NCBI GenBank assembly: GCA_019058245.1
Contig: JAHPZJ010000008.1
Coordinates: 64,001 to 128,000 of the forward strand
Reading direction: 5' to 3'
DNA: 64,000 bases
Source: Promethearchaeota archaeon
GTDB lineage: Archaea; Asgardarchaeota; Lokiarchaeia; Sigyniarchaeales; SOKP01
Position numbers and translations under genes: made by a program. Of the stretch, positions 61,701 to 64,000 are shown one piece after another (position 1 is the first letter of the stretch; every line of letters begins with the position of its first letter). The notes under the pieces were generated by a model. The model saw only the letters and a program-made list of their open reading frames with translations, did not search any database and was not told the origin of the DNA.

Positions 61701-62189
61701 AAAAATTAATATTTTTGCCTCTTTTTGTTCAAAAATGACATCTTCTTCTGGAAAAGAAGTATAAAATGTATTAAGTAATTTTTTTATTTCTTCTAGTTTA
61801 ATAGGATCTCCCTTGTCAATTCTAGAGTCTACATAAAAACCTTTATACGCATCTTCGATTTTTCTGAATTCCTCAACAAATTTCTCTAGAAACTCTTCTG
61901 CGTATGTAGTTTTTATTTTAGATTTGCTATCAATAATTAATGAAATTAAAAGACGCTCCTTTTTTGTTTTTGAGTATTCACTCGGAATATCAAAGATTAG
62001 ATTAGCTGTATTAAAAGTTCCAAAAGTATGTTTAAAAAAACCATTTTCATAGAGATCTATCAAAATAGGAACCTGTTTAATATCATCTCTTTGAATATTT
62101 TCAGGCGATTTCAAAAAAATATAAGGAGGAAAATAAGGATTCCGATGACTTAAGATTAAAATTCTCATATATAAGTATCCTCTAATCAA
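58797..62189 (-). CDS. Fusion: longin-like / Arf-like GTPase / longin(uDENN)-like / PAS / PAS / GAF / pseudo-histidine kinase
   Basis: G1 GLSLAGKTT, G2 PTIN, G3 DIPG, G4 NKVD, G5 TSA; PAS ends IIRDISKR and ENITERK; GAF-like TRVYLY...GILCFD; degenerate H-box ELFINDIN; C-terminal NYNGKIWVE...FVILLP. Confidence 0.82.
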   Translation of the reverse strand: MIRGYLYMRILILSHRNPYFPPYIFLKSPENIQRDDIKQVPILIDLYENGFFKHTFGTFNTANLIFDIPSEYSKTKKERLLISLIIDSKSKIKTTYAEEFLEKFVEEFRKIEDAYKGFYVDSRIDKGDPIKLEEIKKLLNTFYTSFPEEDVIFEQKEAKILIFGLSLAGKTTIIRTRRKSVSKTTFPTINVDISRILVNNISLLTYDIPGKYRAKDLWKPYLKNQDGLIFVLDVMDKIKFSFARELLHEIAGNPELSELPLLILFNKVDLKKQDINELEEAMGVKKLGKRPIKSFLTSAIKNINIDEAFNWLTLKIAERVEQYTPRKDVGIIFCRWDENLGIKIDAVYPDDAFENPELIAVKSFSISQFIFGGDQFKPASVILPIPHLNANAAIYFDSVEDVSIRGGVLPLCLMIYYNEKIPKNIINQFSSFIVQQFGEVKENYLDKNEIIYILEFIHATIINQIELYRPSIEALKIAELRYEALFKAARDAIIIIDKNSGIIMDVNKEAESLFQRPFEDFIGLHSSQILSDIINIEFNEKVFDESNFPFPLRLEVIDSSGNLIPVEVSMNELQMGGQVFIQYIIRDISKRVDAEIKLRHSEIKFRHLFENSPYSILLIDPNGTLVDFNPVLEETLGYTKEELMGRKFVDLSIIHKDYLVDVLKRLKKEERGKIFSPLEIQLYQKNGSLIWVNLQSSIVDIGDETFYQIICENITERKKIETELKKISKLKAIITKIVSRFVGIYEFNQAIIDSLRDIGEFINATRVYLYIFNKEFNVIRRHYFWSRKLIVPQIKLPEDLIIDYFPWVTKRLKESDYFYLKKVDNLPREAVNLKYFLENQKVENFLVYSIKINQRLEGILCFDNITDQNYWIEENLELSTIIPEILKNVLLRKLAEENLRLSEESMHQELDKEYFYKELFINDINSIIKNIQLKLDENTKQVSQLILSSKRELLDFVKDQCINARLLIYIIKQLKLINETSVLIEPVNLNNVIDEVKEFITSSYSNKKINIIVDQASEVLYVKADKFLIDIFINILISSIRYNKNPTIDIKIIIFKHQEDNINYVKIQFIDYQKDILNIGKEMIFQKEREKDSKIKEIILGFLLVEQILNNYNGKIWVEGDSFVILLPEA

Positions 62190-62582
62190 TAATAATGTTT
62201 TAAAACCTATTACTACATAATCAAATTATATTGTAAAAAAATATATGGGTATAATATCTGCGTTAGTGTAGACATTAATGCATTTAAGTTTAAAGTACCG
62301 AACTTAATTATATAATAATAAAACAATAATAAAAATTTGAATTAAAAAATGTTTTAAATTTCTAGTTGATTCTTCATCTAAAAAAATATTAATTCAATTT
62401 ATTTAGAAAAAATATAAACATAAACCTCTATAGTACCTGTTCTAAATAAATTGAACGTAAGAAATCAAAAAAGAAATTACATTTTAAAAGGAGAACTACT
62501 GCTCTTATAAATATCAAAATAAATTTATATATGATCGTCGCTATTAAACAACTTAACTATTTTAAGATAAGTGAGTATATAC

Positions 62583-64000
62583 ATGAAGAAATTCAAAATT
62601 AAATTAAAAAATAATGGTAAAATGAAATTTTCTCTGATAATAATATTTACAATGGCATTGTTCATAATCCCTAATGTATTTATTGGAACTCAAAAAAATA
62701 TCAAAATATCTGATGAAGAAAATTTTATTAATAAAGTGTATTTACCACCTACACCAAAATATTCCTCTGTTTATTACGAAGATACTACTGGAGACGCGAA
62801 TGGTGTCTATGTGGATGGAAATTATGCTTATATAGCCGCTGGTAGTTCAGGTTTAGCAGTTATTGATATTTCAGACCCAACTAACCCAGGAACCCCAATT
62901 TATGAAAATACAACAGGAACCGCGGAAGATATTTACGTGAGTGGTAACTATGCCTATATAGCGGACGGTACTTCAGGATTAGCAGTTATTGATATATCTA
63001 ACCCAGTAAGTCCAGGAACTCCGATTTATGAAGATACGGATGGCTATGGATATGACATTTACGTAAGTGGAGATTATGCTTATTTGGCAGATTTTGATTT
63101 GGGATTAGCTATTATGGATATATCTGACCCAACAAATCCTGATTTACCCGTTCATGAAGATACGAGTGGAAGTGCTACAGGAGTTTATGTGGATGGAGAT
63201 TATGCTTATGTGGCAGACGCTGGTTCCGGATTAGCAGTCATTAATATATCTAATCCAAATAGTCCAGAAGCTGTAATCTACGAAGATACGACTGGAAGTG
63301 CTATAGGAGTTTATGTGGATGGAAATTATGCTTATTTGGCAGATTCTAGTTCTGGATTAGCAGTTATTGATATTTCGGAGCCAACTAACCCAGAAACACC
63401 TGTTTATGAAGCCTCGAATTATGATACATATGATGTTTGTGTAGATGGAGATTATGCTTATGTTGCATCTGGAGAATCAGGTTTAGCAGTTTTTAATATC
63501 TCTGATCCGACTAACCCTGTAACTCCCTTATACGAAGAAACAAGTGGAAATGCTAATAGTGTATTTATCAGCGGAAATTATGCCTTTGTAGCGGATGGAG
63601 AATCAGGTTTGGCAGTTATTGACATTTCCAATCCTATAAATCCAGAAACACCCATTTTTGAAGACACGGATGATGCTGCTTTTGGTCTCTGCCTTAGAGG
63701 AGATTATGCTTATGTTTCCTCTGGTAATGCGGGTTTGGCAGTTATTGACATATCTAATCCAAATGATCCAGACCTTTTAGGTTATGTTGATACGGATGGA
63801 CGCCAACGTGATGTCTATGTGAGTGGGGATTATGCTTATGTAGCGGATTTCGATCAAGGATTAGTAGTCATCGATATATCCGATCCAACCAATCCAGGAC
63901 CACTAGCTTACATTACGGGTCCATTGGGACATGACGCTAATGGAATTTGTATAAGTGGGGATTATGCGTATGTAGCCGCAGGTAGTTCGGGCTTAGCAAT
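62583..64000 (+). CDS. Secreted/surface LVIVD-repeat beta-propeller protein (partial, runs off window)
   Basis: ATG at 62583 with an N-terminal hydrophobic segment; about ten 42-aa (126-nt) repeats of the type GxAxxVYVxGNYAYxAxxxSGLAVIDISxPxxP. Confidence 0.9.
   Translation, partial: MKKFKIKLKNNGKMKFSLIIIFTMALFIIPNVFIGTQKNIKISDEENFINKVYLPPTPKYSSVYYEDTTGDANGVYVDGNYAYIAAGSSGLAVIDISDPTNPGTPIYENTTGTAEDIYVSGNYAYIADGTSGLAVIDISNPVSPGTPIYEDTDGYGYDIYVSGDYAYLADFDLGLAIMDISDPTNPDLPVHEDTSGSATGVYVDGDYAYVADAGSGLAVINISNPNSPEAVIYEDTTGSAIGVYVDGNYAYLADSSSGLAVIDISEPTNPETPVYEASNYDTYDVCVDGDYAYVASGESGLAVFNISDPTNPVTPLYEETSGNANSVFISGNYAFVADGESGLAVIDISNPINPETPIFEDTDDAAFGLCLRGDYAYVSSGNAGLAVIDISNPNDPDLLGYVDTDGRQRDVYVSGDYAYVADFDQGLVVIDISDPTNPGPLAYITGPLGHDANGICISGDYAYVAAGSSGLA

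Noticed and set aside
62770-64000. Regular ~126-nt repeats as a possible CRISPR array
   Set aside because: The repeats are degenerate at third codon positions, lie in an open frame and encode LVIVD protein repeats. There are no cas genes.

Overview
Very AT-rich archaeal chromosomal window with about 60 CDS. I recognised no rRNA, tRNA, CRISPR array or transposase. The content points by inference to an Asgard archaeon, most likely Lokiarchaeia: a tail-less archaeal histone, TFIIB, a Rab-like GTPase, WD40, LRR and tandem-SH3 proteins, and expanded acyl-CoA ligases. Most of the window is accessory metabolism: three tandem acyl-CoA ligases, DsrEFH/TusDCB, an old yellow enzyme, a GH3 glucosidase, cysE-cysK, LDH, FprA, hemerythrin, esterases and two ABC exporters. 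The standout is a 1130-aa fusion (58797-62189). It joins longin-like, Arf-like GTPase, longin/uDENN-like, PAS, PAS and GAF domains to a histidine-kinase module that has lost its phospho-His and ATP-binding glycine boxes. This looks like a two-component sensor chassis re-wired onto a eukaryote-type small GTPase. Other items missed or mis-called by the ORF track: a TFIIB whose zinc ribbon can only be translated from a non-canonical start, gene-conversion-like tracts among the ligases, a Zn-ribbon/HEPN-motif protein beside the histone, LuxE-like and MFS-like gene remnants, two unannotated small ORFs, and an LVIVD-repeat surface protein running off the 3' end. All family calls come from motif recognition by eye; no searches were run.
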